A stretch of DNA of 64,000 nucleotides from Geosiphon pyriformis uo1 (GCA_016748015.1 JAAOMT010000599.1:574480-638479), one strand, 5' to 3'. Shown: positions 23,096 through 36,971, counted from the stretch's first letter. Notes: generated by a model not told the origin, from the sequence alone. Made by a program: numbers and translations.

Positions 23096-26000
23096 TTTTT
23101 TTATTTATTTAATTTAACAAGGAAGGTCCAAATACTGTCTAATACAATAAATTATATAATAATCTAAACTAAGTATGAATCATGTATTTTCTATACGTAA
23201 CCAGCCACTCAGGCTAGTCAGAACAACACTAAGCACTTATATATACTGAAACCATGTTACCTATACCTAAAAAGAATAAACAAGATTTATGAAACCCAAA
23301 ACTAACACCAAATGTCTCTGCAATATCCAATAATCTAATCACAATGGCTAAAAGCACTAAAGAAAGACCAGAGATTGAAACAGGAATAGAATCATCATGT
23401 GGAATTATGCTATCTTTCTTCATAATAGCCTGGTGCTTAGCATACACTAGCCAAATATTATTACAAAATGCAAGACAAAACTCATGCACAAAGGCCACAA
23501 TATTCTGAGCTGCAACCTTAGAGTCTTTAAAAACAGCAATAGATTTACAATACTACTCTTTGAAAACAAAGCCCTTACACAGAACTGCACCAACAACAAC
23601 ATTGAAGATACAAGTAGAAAGCAACCGTAAAACACACAAAGAAGAGTGAGATAAATCTGAACATGTCTTTCAAGTAGAAACATAAATTTCCACCAATTAA
23701 GCACAACCAGCAGCATTAAATGAGCAAAAAAACACATGGTCTGAAAACTCAATATTGCTGCAAAATAGACATATCACACTGGAGTAACTTCTATCATAAA
23801 AATGCTTACATACAGCAACCAGAAGATAATAATGCAATGCCATCATAAAATATGTCCGAAAGCCAGCAGTCTGAGTACTAGTGAAACCAGCAGCCAAATA
23901 AAAATCCAGATGTTATACCAATAAAGATTTGAACCAATCAATATTAGCATGCAGACTATCCACCAAGACCCAAGATCCAGAACCAACTTCCCAGCATGCA
24001 CAGTGAACAGATTAGAAAACACTACAAACAAAATGCCTAAAATTGCTGGACACTGTAGTACCACCAGCCCTAAAAAAATGTTCATCAATTATGTGAAAAA
24101 AATGCATATTAAAGCATGCAGCAATTCTAGCAAAAGTGTCAGCACACTCATTGCCCAAGACACCAGAGTGACCTTTAATCTTAACTTAATTAACATCCAA
24201 ATTCTTGTGACAAATGACATTAGCAATATGGTAATACTTAATCCAATACTGATTCCTGAAATCCAGACAAGTCAACATGGATTCTGATTTACATGCATCC
24301 AAAGCAGCCTGGCTGTCCAAAAATAGATTGACTAAATGAAAAGAAGAAACACATTCAAGAGCCAAAGCAATAGCCTACAACTTTGCCATAGTAGAAGAAA
24401 CCAACCCAGACACTTCCACACCCAAACTCAAATCAATGTCTTTAAAAAAACAGCAGCACCAGCTTTCATACTAAAAATACCCAGTCCACTTAGAGAACCA
24501 TCCATAAATAAAGAAAAATGACCAGAATTAACCTCCAACAGATGACTGCACACAACTTTAAACTTACAAGAATCAAGAACATTAGACAAATCAACATCTA
24601 GCAGCAGAAGATTGCAAACAGAAAAAGGCCCAGAATTATTCAGAAAGTGAACAAAAACATCAAACCAATAAGGAACCCAGGCTCTGAGAGTTCAATCTCT
24701 TCTACTGCTTGAAAGTTCTCCATTTGAAAACAGAACCAATATGATTGCGAAGCTGCTCAACAAAGGCAATTCCATAATACCGAAGTAAAGAGACACATTT
24801 ATAAAAGGTGGGCTCATCAAAAACAACAAACATAGAGATTCTGTTTTGAAAATGAAAAGCATTGGTCATGAGACCACTCAGAAAAAGGTCACACCCCAAA
24901 AAAATTTGGACAATGCCAGCCAAAAAACTATCTGAAAGATTGATATTAATATGAGAAGAAAAAAGCAAGAAGTGGTGAGAGCACCAGCTGAAAACCTGCA
25001 AGTTATGTGATCTATGTGCAAATAAATGGCCCAAAATACCAGCAGAATTGACAAAACTAAAAACAAAAGCTGACTTGCTTTCAGTCTGAATCTGTTCAAA
25101 AGACTTTAAACTATACAGAGAAAAGTAGTAAATAGCATTATTGGAAAAGTCGAGTGGCAAGCCAGATTTGGATTTTAGACTCTTGCAAATCATAGTATCC
25201 CACTTCGCACACACATTAATAGAGACAAAACTGAACTAAATCTTGTAGGCAATGATGGAGTAAAAAACTGCCGACACCAAATATGAGAACTGTTTGTCAG
25301 AGACAGCTTTTCTCAACATGAGATTGGTAAAAAACCAGACATCCAAATGAGCTCTAGCCAAGCTAAGCTTTAACAAACTCTCAGTAGATAAAAAAATACC
25401 CAAATACTAATAAGACTCCTCTTTCTTGGCTATTAAAATAGGCAAACCACTGATCAGCAAACAAGAGTCAAAAACTCTGCAATTAATAGTAATAGCCACC
25501 ATTTTGTCATTATTGATTGAAATGTTATTGATCTGAAAGAATTCACTAGTGACATCGAAAATGTGTTATGTAGCAGCCTGGTTGCTACCAATTCAAATTG
25601 TGTTGTCAACAAAAGCACCAGCAGTGAAAAAAGAAGTCAAACCAGTCTGAAATTCAGAACAACCAGTCCTGGTCATGAAATGAGAATCCAACCTGTATCC
25701 ACACACACTTTTTTGTCTCTTAACTTCACACAAAAGAGGATCATAAAATATGTGTCAAAAAAAAGAAGAAAACATCTCCCCTTGGTTCAAACCATTATGC
25801 ATCTGATACTCATCAGTCAACCTGAAATCTATCATAACTCTGTTGACCCAACCATTGTGAATGCCACTAAAAAACTGAATAAACTTATCACACATCTTTA
25901 TTTTGACCAAACTCTTTCTTAGATGCTCTCAGCCAACAGAATCATAAGTCTTTTGCATGTCCTACAAGACCAGCCACAGCTCACAGTTTTTTTCCAAAGC

Positions 26001-27438
26001 ATCTTTAATGACTGATCCAATAGTGAAAATAGGAGACTGTGTGGTCATATCTTTTAAAACAAAAAAATTATCCTCTCTAAAAACATCAAACTTACTACAT
26101 ACAAAAGAAATCCTGTCCAAAAAAATCTTGGAAAGGATTTTGCAAGCTGTTTTAATTAAAGCAATAGGATATGTGTTTGTAAGAACACCCTTCCACTTAT
26201 ATGGTTTGGAAATCATTGACACCCAAGCCTTCTTTCAAGGCCCAGAAACAGATTCACACTCCAAACAAAAGTTCAAAAGCACCAAAAGCATATCCAAAAC
26301 CAACCTGTCACAATGTTTTTATAATTTATTTAAGATACCAGAAAGACCAGCTGCTTTTTTATCAAACAAATTTAAGATGACACCAGACATTTCATTAAAG
26401 TCAATTAAGCACATCACACCAGAAAAAGCATCATCAAAAACATATTCCAAAGGCTAATATTGGCAATGCTATTTACTAATGACAACAGAAACCACACTGC
26501 ATTTTCTAGTTCACTCCTCCATAATCACATCCATCTTAGTTCTAACCAGATCAGGTTTTAAAACCAATTCATTATTAATGACTAGATGATCCAAAGTCAC
26601 TTTGCAAAAGAAATGTTCTAATACACTTCTAATAATATGACTCTTATTTAATTCAAAACTTTCTATCTTCTTATCTATTGCTAACCTAATCTGAAATTTT
26701 CTAACACATTCCGCTTTCGACATTTTGTAGGAACAATAAGACTTTCTAATCTTGAACAAAACTGACCGAATGGCATTAAATAAAAAACCTGACAGGAAAA
26801 GAAACTTCACTACAGAAGCATTAACCAAATTCAAACTTTTCCATTTGTTAAGCAAGAACATAAAATTTCCAAAAGAATCCAAATGGGATGTCTTAACTAA
26901 CTTCAATACTAAGAGTTTCAGCTTGTGAAACTCGGATAATTTCTTAACAAAAACATGATCATAGTTCTTGAACCATTTTTTCTTAAAAACTGTCTTAGCT
27001 AACAGACATAACACTTTACAGAGAGCAATCCACATTGCATCCAAGTCTGAGCACATTCCAGCCATAAAAAAATTGTCATAGAATATAGCAGCATTTGCTG
27101 CTGTATCATCCTTAAATTTGGCCCATTTAATATTATCTGCATCTTTGAAATTGTACTTTCAACAATCCTTATTTGCTTATTTGTAAACAGAATTTAATCA
27201 GACATCAAGCAAACCACCTAAACCCATCAACACTAAGACAGCCTGATAATCAGTATTAAAGTATTCCTCAACACCAAACACATCATGACACAGAAAGTTT
27301 ATTTTTGAAAAGCAACTTAATAGACAGGAGCTGACCAGGCACTTTTGAAATTTTGCACACATGTTTCATTAAAGAAGAGTTCATAACAACCACAACACTA
27401 ACACACAGATAACCAGATTCTAAACCAGAAATAAACAC
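23096..27438 (-). mobile_element. LINE L-c, 3' part (end of endonuclease, RT, RNase H, Zn finger, 3' UTR, poly(A))
   Basis: ORFs 26511..27065, 25962..26222, 24702..25214, 23697..23897 and 23229..23498; GAFVDNTI; poly(T) at 23096-23102. Confidence 0.93.
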
Positions 27439-27850
27439 TGTTACGGGATGGTTTTCTTGTTATATTTAATTGCTGATATCCCACTTTAATTGCAATCAGT
27501 CTTTTGTGAGTTCCTCAATTCTATTTGTGTGATAATGTCACTGTTACACTGAAGGCTTTTTTTTTACTGTCGCGATGTAAGTTATTCTTTAATTCTTGAT
27601 TGTTGTGTGTGTTTATGTACTCCTTCTCAGAGGCTGAACTGANNNNNNNNNNNNNNNNNNNNACCTGGTGTTTGCTGCTATCACCAGTTGGTGTTGGCTG
27701 CTATTGTGAACTGGTGCTTACCACTATCGCGAGATGGTGTTTGCTACTATGTTAATCAATATCTTTCTAAGATTATTACTGTGCTATATTATGATTGAAT
27801 AGTTTGTATTATTTTTATGATTCTTTTTGCTAAATTCTTAAACTGTAACA
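27439..27850 (-). repeat. 3' LTR of C (gapped), preceded on the minus strand by PPT GAAAGGAGAGGATAA (27851-27865)
   Basis: Matches 36991-37207 and 37635-37901; contains a 20-N gap. Confidence 0.9.
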
Positions 27851-29121
27851 TTATCCTCTCCTTTCAAGATTGAGCTCCGTCGAAATCAAAGTTAATTTCT
27901 TCATTAAATTCTAAGTTACTATAGTGGTTCAATACTGTGTTATTAATTTGTTGTTGTAATTCTTGAAATTGCGAGTTGGTAAGTCATCCAATATTGTTGG
28001 TTGTTATTATGTTTATGGTTGGGTCCAACAATAATTTGTGACAGTTTTCAAATGCTTTGAAAATTCTGTAAACTGTTTTTGAATGGAATGTAGTGTTGGT
28101 TTTTCCAATGAAAGGTTTTAATAGTTGGATAGTTGTTTTGTCAAACACTCTAGTTGAGTCTTTTAAGTATAATGTTTGTATGTTCAAGTGCTTTCCTAGT
28201 TGATAATAACAGTAATTAATTGGGAATTTTGTTTTCAAGTTGCTAAATGTGTCTGGNNNNNNNNNNNNNNNNNNNNTGGATGGTTGCTGTTTTTCCAAAG
28301 TGGCCTGAATGAATATCTGAGTGCATGTTAAATAAGATAGTTTCTTTTTTATCCGTGGTTATAACTCTTAATAGATTATCTGGATTTTGTCGATTCCGGT
28401 AATAAAGTATGTGATTTTGGATGAAATAGTGTTTTGCTAATTTTTGGAGCTTAATTAGCTCTTTTACTGGCATTTCTTCATCTATTTGTAGTGTTTCCAA
28501 GTATTGGCTGAGGTTTTTGTAAAAGTGGTTGTTCATTGTTGTTGTGGTGGGTGGGTTGGTGATTTTTATGTGTGTCTCATTCTTGACAAACAGTCGGCAT
28601 TAGCATTTTTTGTACCTTCTTTGTATTTGATAATATAATCATATGGTGCTAACATTTGTGACCATCTGGCGTATTTTCCTTTTAGCACTTTCTTGTTATT
28701 TAACCAGACCAGACCTCTATAATCTGTTGTAATCTCAAAGGGTTGGTACCGTAAATATGTGTCAAAGTGAACACAACTCCAGACTACTGCTAAGTATTCA
28801 AGTTCATGTGCTGCATAGTTTTGTTCTGCCATACTGAGACTTCTGCTGGCATAAGCGATTATACGTTCTCTTCCATTATCATCTTTTTGTGACAGAATGG
28901 CTCCAAGTCCAGTTTCAGAGGCATCTGTGACCAAAATGAATTTCTTGTTGAAATTCGGATAGATCATTATTGGTGATTCAATGAGCTTTTGTCTAAGGTA
29001 CTCAAAAGCTTTTTGTTGTGCTTCAGTCCATTCAAACTTCACATTTTTAGATAATAGGTAATTAAGGGGTTTGGCGATGTTTGAAAAGTTTTCTACAAAG
29101 CNNNNNNNNNNNNNNNNNNNN

Positions 29122-29754
29122 TCATTAAATTCTAAGTTACTATAGTGGTTCAATACTGTGTTATTAATTTGTTGTTGTAATTCTTGAAATTGCGAGTTGG
29201 TAAGTCGTCCAATACTGTTGGTTGTTATTATGTTCATGGTTGGGTCCAACAATAATTTGTAACAGTTTTCAAATGCTTTGAAAATTCTGTAAACTGTTTT
29301 TGAATGGAATGTAGTGTTGGTTTTTCCAATGAAAGGTTCTAATAGTTGAATAGTTGTTTTGTCAAACACTCTAGTTGAGTCTTTTAAGTATAATGTTTGT
29401 ATGTTCAAGTGCTTTCCTAGTTGATAATAACAGTAATTAATTGGGAATTTTGTTTTCAAGTTGCTAAATGTGTCTGGTGTTAATTCACTTATTTCTATTT
29501 CTTCCATTATTAATGTATTGCCCAATGCTATCTCTAATTTTTCAATCAACTTTGCTAATAAATTTGTTGTTATATTTGGCAATATTATATGGTTCAAAAT
29601 TATGTTCTTTTCTTGTTTTTGGATTTTCTATTGTTCTTTTTATGTATGTTATTTTGGAGCTATTAACTGTGATTTCTAGATCGGATTTTAATTGTTGTAA
29701 GCTTTCAACTAATTGTTGAGTTATATTGTTGATGTTTTCTGGAATAAGTATCAT
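29122..29754 (-). pseudogene. ORF3 of C (N-terminal ~200 codons, one frameshift; C-terminus seen in the duplicate 27864-28256)
   Basis: ENINNITQQLVESL...INYCYYQLGKHLNIQTLY...IGRLTNSQFQEL...; DFDGAQS-TGA at 27864-27866 overlaps the PPT. Confidence 0.85.
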
Positions 29755-29883
29755 TGTTTTAATTTTGACTGTTATTTTGGAATCTTTTGCATGTGTTTTT
29801 ATGGTTGTTAAATCATTTTTGCTGTGATCTAAGATTAATTATCTTTTCGAATAATGTTCAATTAAAACTATTAATTCTAAATC

Positions 29884-31164
29884 TCATGGAATTTGTTCTG
29901 GTAGAATTAAAGGTAATTGTGTTCCAATTCTGGGTGTTTTTGTTGTTATTACTGGTTTACTGTAATAGAATTTCAGCCAGTTACCATGTGCTGTTTTTCT
30001 TAATATTTTATCATCTAGTCTTAGCTTGTATGCTCCATTTCCAAGTATTTCGTGAATATAAAATGGTCCATCCCACTTGTGATCAAATTTTCCACTCCAC
30101 TGTTTTTCCATTTTTGTATGATGCAACAATACTTTATCTCCAATTTTGTAGCTAATTATATTATCTGGTAACTGGTTATCATGTCTCACTTTTTGTTGTT
30201 CTTGTGATTGTTCAATATTTTGTGCTGCTTTTCTTCTTTTGTTTTCTAAAGTTCCCATTAATTCGTATGTTCTTCTAAGTAGTGTTTCCTGGAATGTTGC
30301 TTCTGTGATAGTGTCACTCGGATAAGTTGGGATAGTAAGTTCAATGGATAATGTGGCTTTTCTTTCATAAACTAGTTCAAACGGTGTGAATTGTATAGTA
30401 TCTTGTTTTACTGTTCTATATGCTAATAGTACTGCTGATATGAACAAATTTCATTCTTTTTCATGTTCATTACTAATTTTCGCCAGTGATTCGCATAATG
30501 TGCAATTAAATCTTTCAACTAATTCATTTGTTTGAGGGTGGTATGGTGATGACAGTGGTCGCTTGATTCCAAATTTTTGGCTAAGTTCTTTTAAGGTGCT
30601 GTTTATGAAGTGTGTGCCTTGATCTAATAGCAATTCTTGTGGACATCCATGTCGGCAAATTAAGTCTTCATGTACGAATTGAGCTACGGAAATAGCATCA
30701 ACTGTTTTAATAGCTCTAGCTTCTGGCCATTTGGTGAGATAGTCCATGGCTACTGCAATATAACGATTGTTTCTTGTTGTTATTGGTAAGGGTCCAACTA
30801 AATCAATTCCGATTCTGTTAAATGGCTGTCCAACTTTTATTGGTCTTAATAATTTTGTTGTTTTTGCTCCTCCTCTTCGTTGGCATAGGTCACAATTTCT
30901 TATGTATTGGATTATGTCTGAGCTCATTTTTGGCCAATAATAATGGCTAGTTGCACGTTGGATGGTTGCTGTTTTTCCAAAGTGGCCTGAATGAATATCT
31001 GAGTGCATGTTAAATAAGATAGTTTCTTTTTTATCCGTGGTTATAACTCTTAATAGATTATCTGGATTTTGTCGATTCCGGTAATAAAGTATGTGATTTT
31101 GGATGAAATAGTGTTTTGCTAATTTTTGGAGCTTAATTAGCTCTTTTACTGGCATTTCTTCATC
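29884..31164 (-). pseudogene. Integrase of C; its ATG-containing N-terminus is in the duplicated contig 28277-28536
   Basis: H..SGHFG..CDLC, GIDLVGP, DYLTKWPEA, DQGTHF, VERFN, KFDHKWDGPF. Confidence 0.93.
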
Positions 31165-31583
31165 NNNNNNNNNNNNNNNNNNNNTGGGATATTTAATTTG
31201 AAAGTATAATTTAAAGTGGAGTTTGTTGGATAAAATTGGATCTATTGCTTGATAAGTTATGATTTTTATTACTTGATTGTTTATTTCCCAATATTAAAAC
31301 TACTGTATATATACATGTTTGTAGTTCTATGAGAAAATACTTTCTTTTTGATATTTCAACCTGGTGTTTGCTGCTATCACCAGTTGGTGTTGGCTGCTAT
31401 TGTGAACTGGTGCTTACCACTATCGCGAGATGGTGTTTGCTACTATGTTAATCAATATCTTTCTAAAATTATTACTGTGCTATATTATGATTGAATAGTT
31501 TGTATTATTTTTATGATTCTTTTTGCTAAATTCTTAAACTGTAACATTATCCTCTCCTTTCAANNNNNNNNNNNNNNNNNNNN

Positions 31584-34500
31584 TCAAAGGGTTGGTACCG
31601 TAAATATGTGTCAAAGTAAACACAACTCCAGACTACTGCTAAGCATTCAAGTTCATGTGCTGCATAGTTTTGTTCTGCCATACTGAGACTTCTACTGGCA
31701 TAAGCGATTACACGTTCTCTTCCATTATCATCTTTTTGTGACAGAATGGCTCCAAGTCCAGTTTCAGAGGCATCTGTGACCAAAATGAATTTCTTGTTGA
31801 AATTCGGATAGATCATTATTGGTGATTCAATGAGCTTTTGTCTAAGGTACTCAAAAGCTTTTTGTTGTGCTTCAGTCCATTCAAACTTCACATTTTTAGA
31901 TAATAGGTAATTAAGGGGTTTGGCGATGTTTGAAAAGTTTTCTACAAAGCGGCGGTAGTAAGATGCGAGTCCTAAAAAGCTTCTAACTTCTGAAATGTTT
32001 TGAGGTACTGGAAAATTTTTTACTTTGTCTATTTTTGATGGATCTGGTTTTATTCCATCTTTTCCAACTATGTATCCTAAAAATGCTAGCTTATTTTTCC
32101 CAAAGAAACATTTTTCTAGATTTAGTTTAAGTCCAGCGTGTCTTAATCTCTCAAAAACTTGTTGTAAATGTTGGAGATGATCCGTGAATTTTGACAAGAA
32201 AACATTTGTATCATCCAAGTAGACAACAACAGATTGCCACAGGATTCCGGAGTAAATTACGTTCATTAGTCTTTGGAATATTGCGGGAGTGTTTGTTAAT
32301 TCAAATGGCATTACATTGAACTCATAATTGTCATTTTGTGTTGTGAATGTTGTTTTATGCCTGTCCTTTGGGTCCATTTCCACTTGCCAGTACTCACTGG
32401 TCAAGTCCAATGTAGAAAACCATTTTGCTCCTCCAAAAATGTCGAAGATTTTGTCAATTAACAGTATTGGGTATGAGTCTTTGGTTGTTTTGCTGTTTAG
32501 TTTGCGATAGTTGATGCAAAATCTAATTTTTCTGTTCTTTTTCCTTACTAAAACAACTGGTGAGGACCATGGGCTCATTGATGGTTGTATTATTCTTTTT
32601 TTCAACATGCTTTGGACTTCTTCTCTAATAAAATTATGCTCCATTGGTGGAACACGGTAAGCGCGTTGTTTTTCAGGTTTGGCGTCTCCAGTGGGGATTT
32701 GGTGTTGAACCAAATTGGTTCTTCCAAATTCGCCATTTCTTGAAAATATATCAGAGTATTTTAAAATTAATGCTTTTAATTGTCGCTGTTGGTTAGGATC
32801 CATTGTTCCAATGTTTAATTTGGCCAATTCTTTTGGTGTAAATTGATAGCATTCTACTGGTTGTTGCCAATTTATTGAAGTGAGTTCACAGTAGAGGGCG
32901 ATTTCTGGGAAATTTAGAATTTCTTGTGGTGTTGACACGTTTTCTAGCTCCATTCCGAGGTATCCAATGATGGTATCTTCCAGAATGTAAACGGGTTCTT
33001 CTGTGGTGTTTGCGATAGGAATTTTTATCCATTGAGCTTTATCAGCTGGAATAAAAAGGTTAGTAAATCTTATGAGAAACTGTTGGCAAGTTTCTGGGTA
33101 GGGCTCAAATATTAGGTCTTTTTCTTTAATTGTCCTTTTTATTCTTATTTCTGATTTTCCATATGGTAGGAGCGTGATGGACCGCTCATTTTTAATTACT
33201 TCGCCTTTTTCCTCTATTGTTTCAGCGAAATTCGCTTCAATTCCTTTTCCTGTCGATCCAAAACCAAAAGTTCCTCTCGTTGTTTGTGACAATTCCTCAC
33301 GATTTTCCACTGGCACAAATTTCCCAATTTTTACCAATGGTAGGAAAATTGCTTGTGCAATCTTTTCCTTAGATTCAATGGTATAAGGCTTTTCTGAATT
33401 GTTCTGTAGCAAAACCATCAAATTTCCAGTGTATCCGGAGTCAATTACTCCTCCTTGAACGCTTATTTCTTTTTTCGTGAGACTTGATCGCGATGCCATT
33501 TGAACCATTATTCCTGGCAGAATTTCAACCGCTATTTTTAGGTCGATTTTGGTGATGCTCTTGGGTGGTAACGTTGTGGATTGGTCTTCTGGATAACATA
33601 GATTGAATCCAGTGTCAGTTGGATGGGCTCTTTCAGGTATTATTCCTAAATGCCCGTTGTCGAAGTATTGGATGTCGGTCACCTGTTCTAGGTCATTATA
33701 GGCTACAAATTTTTCTGACTCAAGACCGTCAGGTGAGTCTTGTTGATTTATTGATTGATTTTGAGACTGCTGATTCTCAATTTCCATTTTTCTTTCTAAG
33801 TCCCTTTCATCTTGACACTCTTCACAGCACTGACTTTGGCATGGGATGAGACAGTTTTTGCAGAGGTAAGTGTTGATTTGGACAAGGTATTGTTCTTGCT
33901 CTTGTCGAGTGGGGCATAGTTGTTGGTAGTAGTCCTGGAATTTGTCCACTGGGTCGAACATGTTGTAGTTGGCAACTTCGTCAGCTACTTCGGCTGACTC
34001 TTTCCAACGTCGTATTTCTTCGGCGGTTCCTCCTCTTACTTTGGCTTGTGCGGTGTTGTACAACTCGTCTTTGTCATGTGGGTAGTGTTGTAGTCTTTTT
34101 AACGCTCTGTTGAACGCTGCTTCAAACGGCGTTCCTTCTCTTACCCAGTCATAGATGAGGATCGTGTATTGGCAAGTTGCGTCACACGTTCCTCCTCTGC
34201 TTGGTAAGTCATTCCAGTCGCACCCTCTTGGTAACGGTTCTCCACAAGCGAGGCACGGTTCCTCGTCCCATTTTCCGTGTTTTTCTGGGTAACCGTATTT
34301 TTTTTTGTTACAATGGTTACAATAGTAGTGGGTGGGGTTTCTTGGGTTTTCGTCCGGTGCACTGCATGCAGTCATAGACGAGAGTTTCTTCTTGCAAACT
34401 GAGCATTCTAGCTTTGGTCTACGTCGCTGGTGGTTTCTTCGTGAACTTACCTGGTTCCATTCGGATCTTTCTTCGCTGGTCTACGTTGGTATGGCTGGTA

Positions 34501-36908
34501 GTCCTGTTCTTTGGTCATTAGCCCAAGAGAGCTGATAGGTTTCAATGGCTGGTAGTGCTGGATTTTCCTCAAATTCGAAGGTAGGTCTTTGGTTGGCGAT
34601 GGGTTTTTGGAAGTGGCCACAGGTGGCTGGGAATTTTGGCCTGGTGGCCATTATAATTGATCAGAAGCTCTTGAGTGGTCCAGTCTAGGGTGGCATTGGC
34701 TTTTGTTAGCCAGTCATTCCCTACTAATGCTTGATATTGTGTAGCATCCATTACTAATACTTTTGTAGGTATTACTATGCCGTTAATTTCGAAAGGGAAT
34801 GAGTCGATTTCGCCATAAGGCAGCTTTGTACTTCCATTGGCTGTTATGATTTGGGATGTCGCAGCACGATCAACTTTGAAACCCAGTTGGTTTACTAGTT
34901 GAAGCGTTACAATGCTTCCAGCGGATCCGCTGTCTAAGATAAGTTTGATTGGGGTATTGTTTACAGTGGCTTCCGTATACATAGCAGTGATTGGGCGTTT
35001 TTCATCCAATGTTGCTCTACTGAACATAGCCTCATTTTCCTCTAATCCAAAAGGAAAAATAGCTGCGAGGCTGCTATCTTCGGTGGCAACTGCTGGTGGT
35101 ATTGTCTGGCTCAATTTGGAGGAATTTTTGGTTCTGTTTATGTTTCTACCGTCATTGTTTCCGATGATCAGGTTTTCCGGTATATTAAGGTAAGTTTGTT
35201 GATAATTTTAGTAGTTTAGATTGGTTTGCTGATTGGTTCCGGTGCGGTTTGGATTCCTCTGGACCAACGCATTCTGGTTCCACATGGGCTGATTTTGGGT
35301 CTCGGGATGCCAATTCGGGTTGGCTATCATGGGCTGTTGCTGGTAAGCTCCTTGATTTTAATACGTGGTGGGATATTGGCATGGTATTGGCATGTACTGG
35401 TTTCTGGGCATTTGGGGTGGCGCGTAGTAATTATTTTCGCGTGCTTCCTGCATCATTCGCATTCAACATTGACTAATCAAATGTTCTACGCGTTTGCAAA
35501 AATGGCAGGCGCGTGTTTCTGTTCTGAATTCCTGGCGCGACGAGCAATTATTTTGACTGTCACTGACTTCCTGGCTGCGTCTTTGGAGTGGTTGGTATGT
35601 ATTTTTTCTCGGATCTGGAATGAGGTAACTTTCTATTTTCTTAGAGAGTTCCTCCTCTAATCGCATTACTCTTTTCTCTAATGTTTCTGTCTTATTTTCC
35701 TCCATTACCATGTTAACTATTTGACTATAGTTAGCTTCTTTCTCGGCCGATTCAAGGGCTCTGACGAGCATAACGGCTTCTGATAAGGAATTAGGGTGGG
35801 CAGGGCATACTCTTCCTAAAATGCTGCTTTTTAATCCTCTAATAAACTGATTTAAAACCTGAGGATCAGTGTAGTATTCTTGTTCAATCACTTCAATCTG
35901 ATGGCGAATTCAATTGAATCGAGCAAGGTATTGGGTGATAGTTTCACCGGTATTTTGCTTGATAGTATTGAATTCGTTCTGTAGTTGGATTACGGCGTTT
36001 GGGTCGCTAAAATACTCCAGGAGTGCATTTTTAAATTCGGCGAAGCTCGTGGGTTTTGTTTCCAGGCTTTGATACTACGAGTTGGCTGTGCCTTTCAAGA
36101 AGAAAGGTAATGTTTGAATTGCTCTTTGGTCATTCCAGTTATTTGTCTGGATGGCTTTTTGTGCTTCTCTGAGCCATGTGTGCACGTCCGTTTCTTCTTC
36201 CTCTCCTGAGAAATCTGTTAGTCTTGCAATGTATGGTGTGGTCATTTTGTTGCCGTTTTCTGCTGGTGGGTTTATTGGTCTAAGAGGAGGTGAGATGATA
36301 TTTCCTTGAGCATTCCTAAAGGTGGCTTCCCTTATATCCGGTTCTTCCTCTTGATCATGAGTTTCTTGGTTTCTGGACTGGCTGCTTGTTCTAGTGACTG
36401 GTCTTGTGATTGTTTTTTCGCTGGTCTCTTTTTCGGATTCTGATTCAGACTCCTCTTCATGGTTTTTAAACCCCATTCTAAATTTTGGCTGAAAAAGAGG
36501 GTTTTGGAATAGTGATGAATATCCTCCTGTAATTGGTATGTCTTCCCAGTTATGTTGTTTAATTTTATCAATATAACTAGAAGTTCTTGGCATTTATGGA
36601 GTTGATGTTAATGATGATGCAGCTCCTAATGGAATTTGTATCTTATTTTCTGGTGAAAAATGGTATGATTTATCTTCTGGTGAATAAATACGTTGTTTCT
36701 TTATTGATTGAGTGACAGTTTTCTTTGGCGTTTGAGCTGGTGTTCCTAGTTTTTGCTGGTTACTTTTCTGATTAGTTTNNNNNNNNNNNNNNNNNNNNGC
36801 AGATTCTGCTGGACAACACCCTTCTGGTAATGCAAGATCACTTTGATTTTGTGTGTAAATAGCACGGCAGAATTCAAAAACAGTAAGATTAGGGGTTTTT
36901 GTTGTCAC
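31584..36908 (-). pseudogene. Gag-PR-Cys-rich-dUTPase-RT-RNase H polyprotein of C, nearly intact
   Basis: ORFs 36594..36908, 36075..36593, 35463..35891 (CHFCKRVEHLISQC) and 34569..35114 (ILDSGSAG) share one frame. A 1-nt insertion near 34630 shifts into 31547..34375. Confidence 0.95.
33245..33645 (-). CDS. dUTPase domain within pol of C
   Basis: DTGFNL, SRSSL, GGVIDSGYTG, KIAQ and TRGTFGFGSTG: all five trimeric dUTPase motifs in canonical order. Confidence 0.95.
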
Positions 36909-36971
36909 TTTTGTCTTTTCTTTTTTAGCAATGAATTATTGCTAATTATTATTTTCTTTTTGATTTTCTTT

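Noticed and set aside
25563-26457. Plus-strand ORFs antisense to LINE or Gypsy coding regions (also 2261..2608, 7371..7730, 35226..35660)
   Set aside because: These are shadow ORFs of compositionally biased TE coding sequence, with no motifs and no conservation between copies.
28566-29597. 343-aa ORF apparently fusing ORF3 to RNase H; likewise 27984..28298 and the ERRG tail of 31547..34375
   Set aside because: These frames read through 20-N scaffold gaps that join unrelated contigs, so they are not biological fusions.
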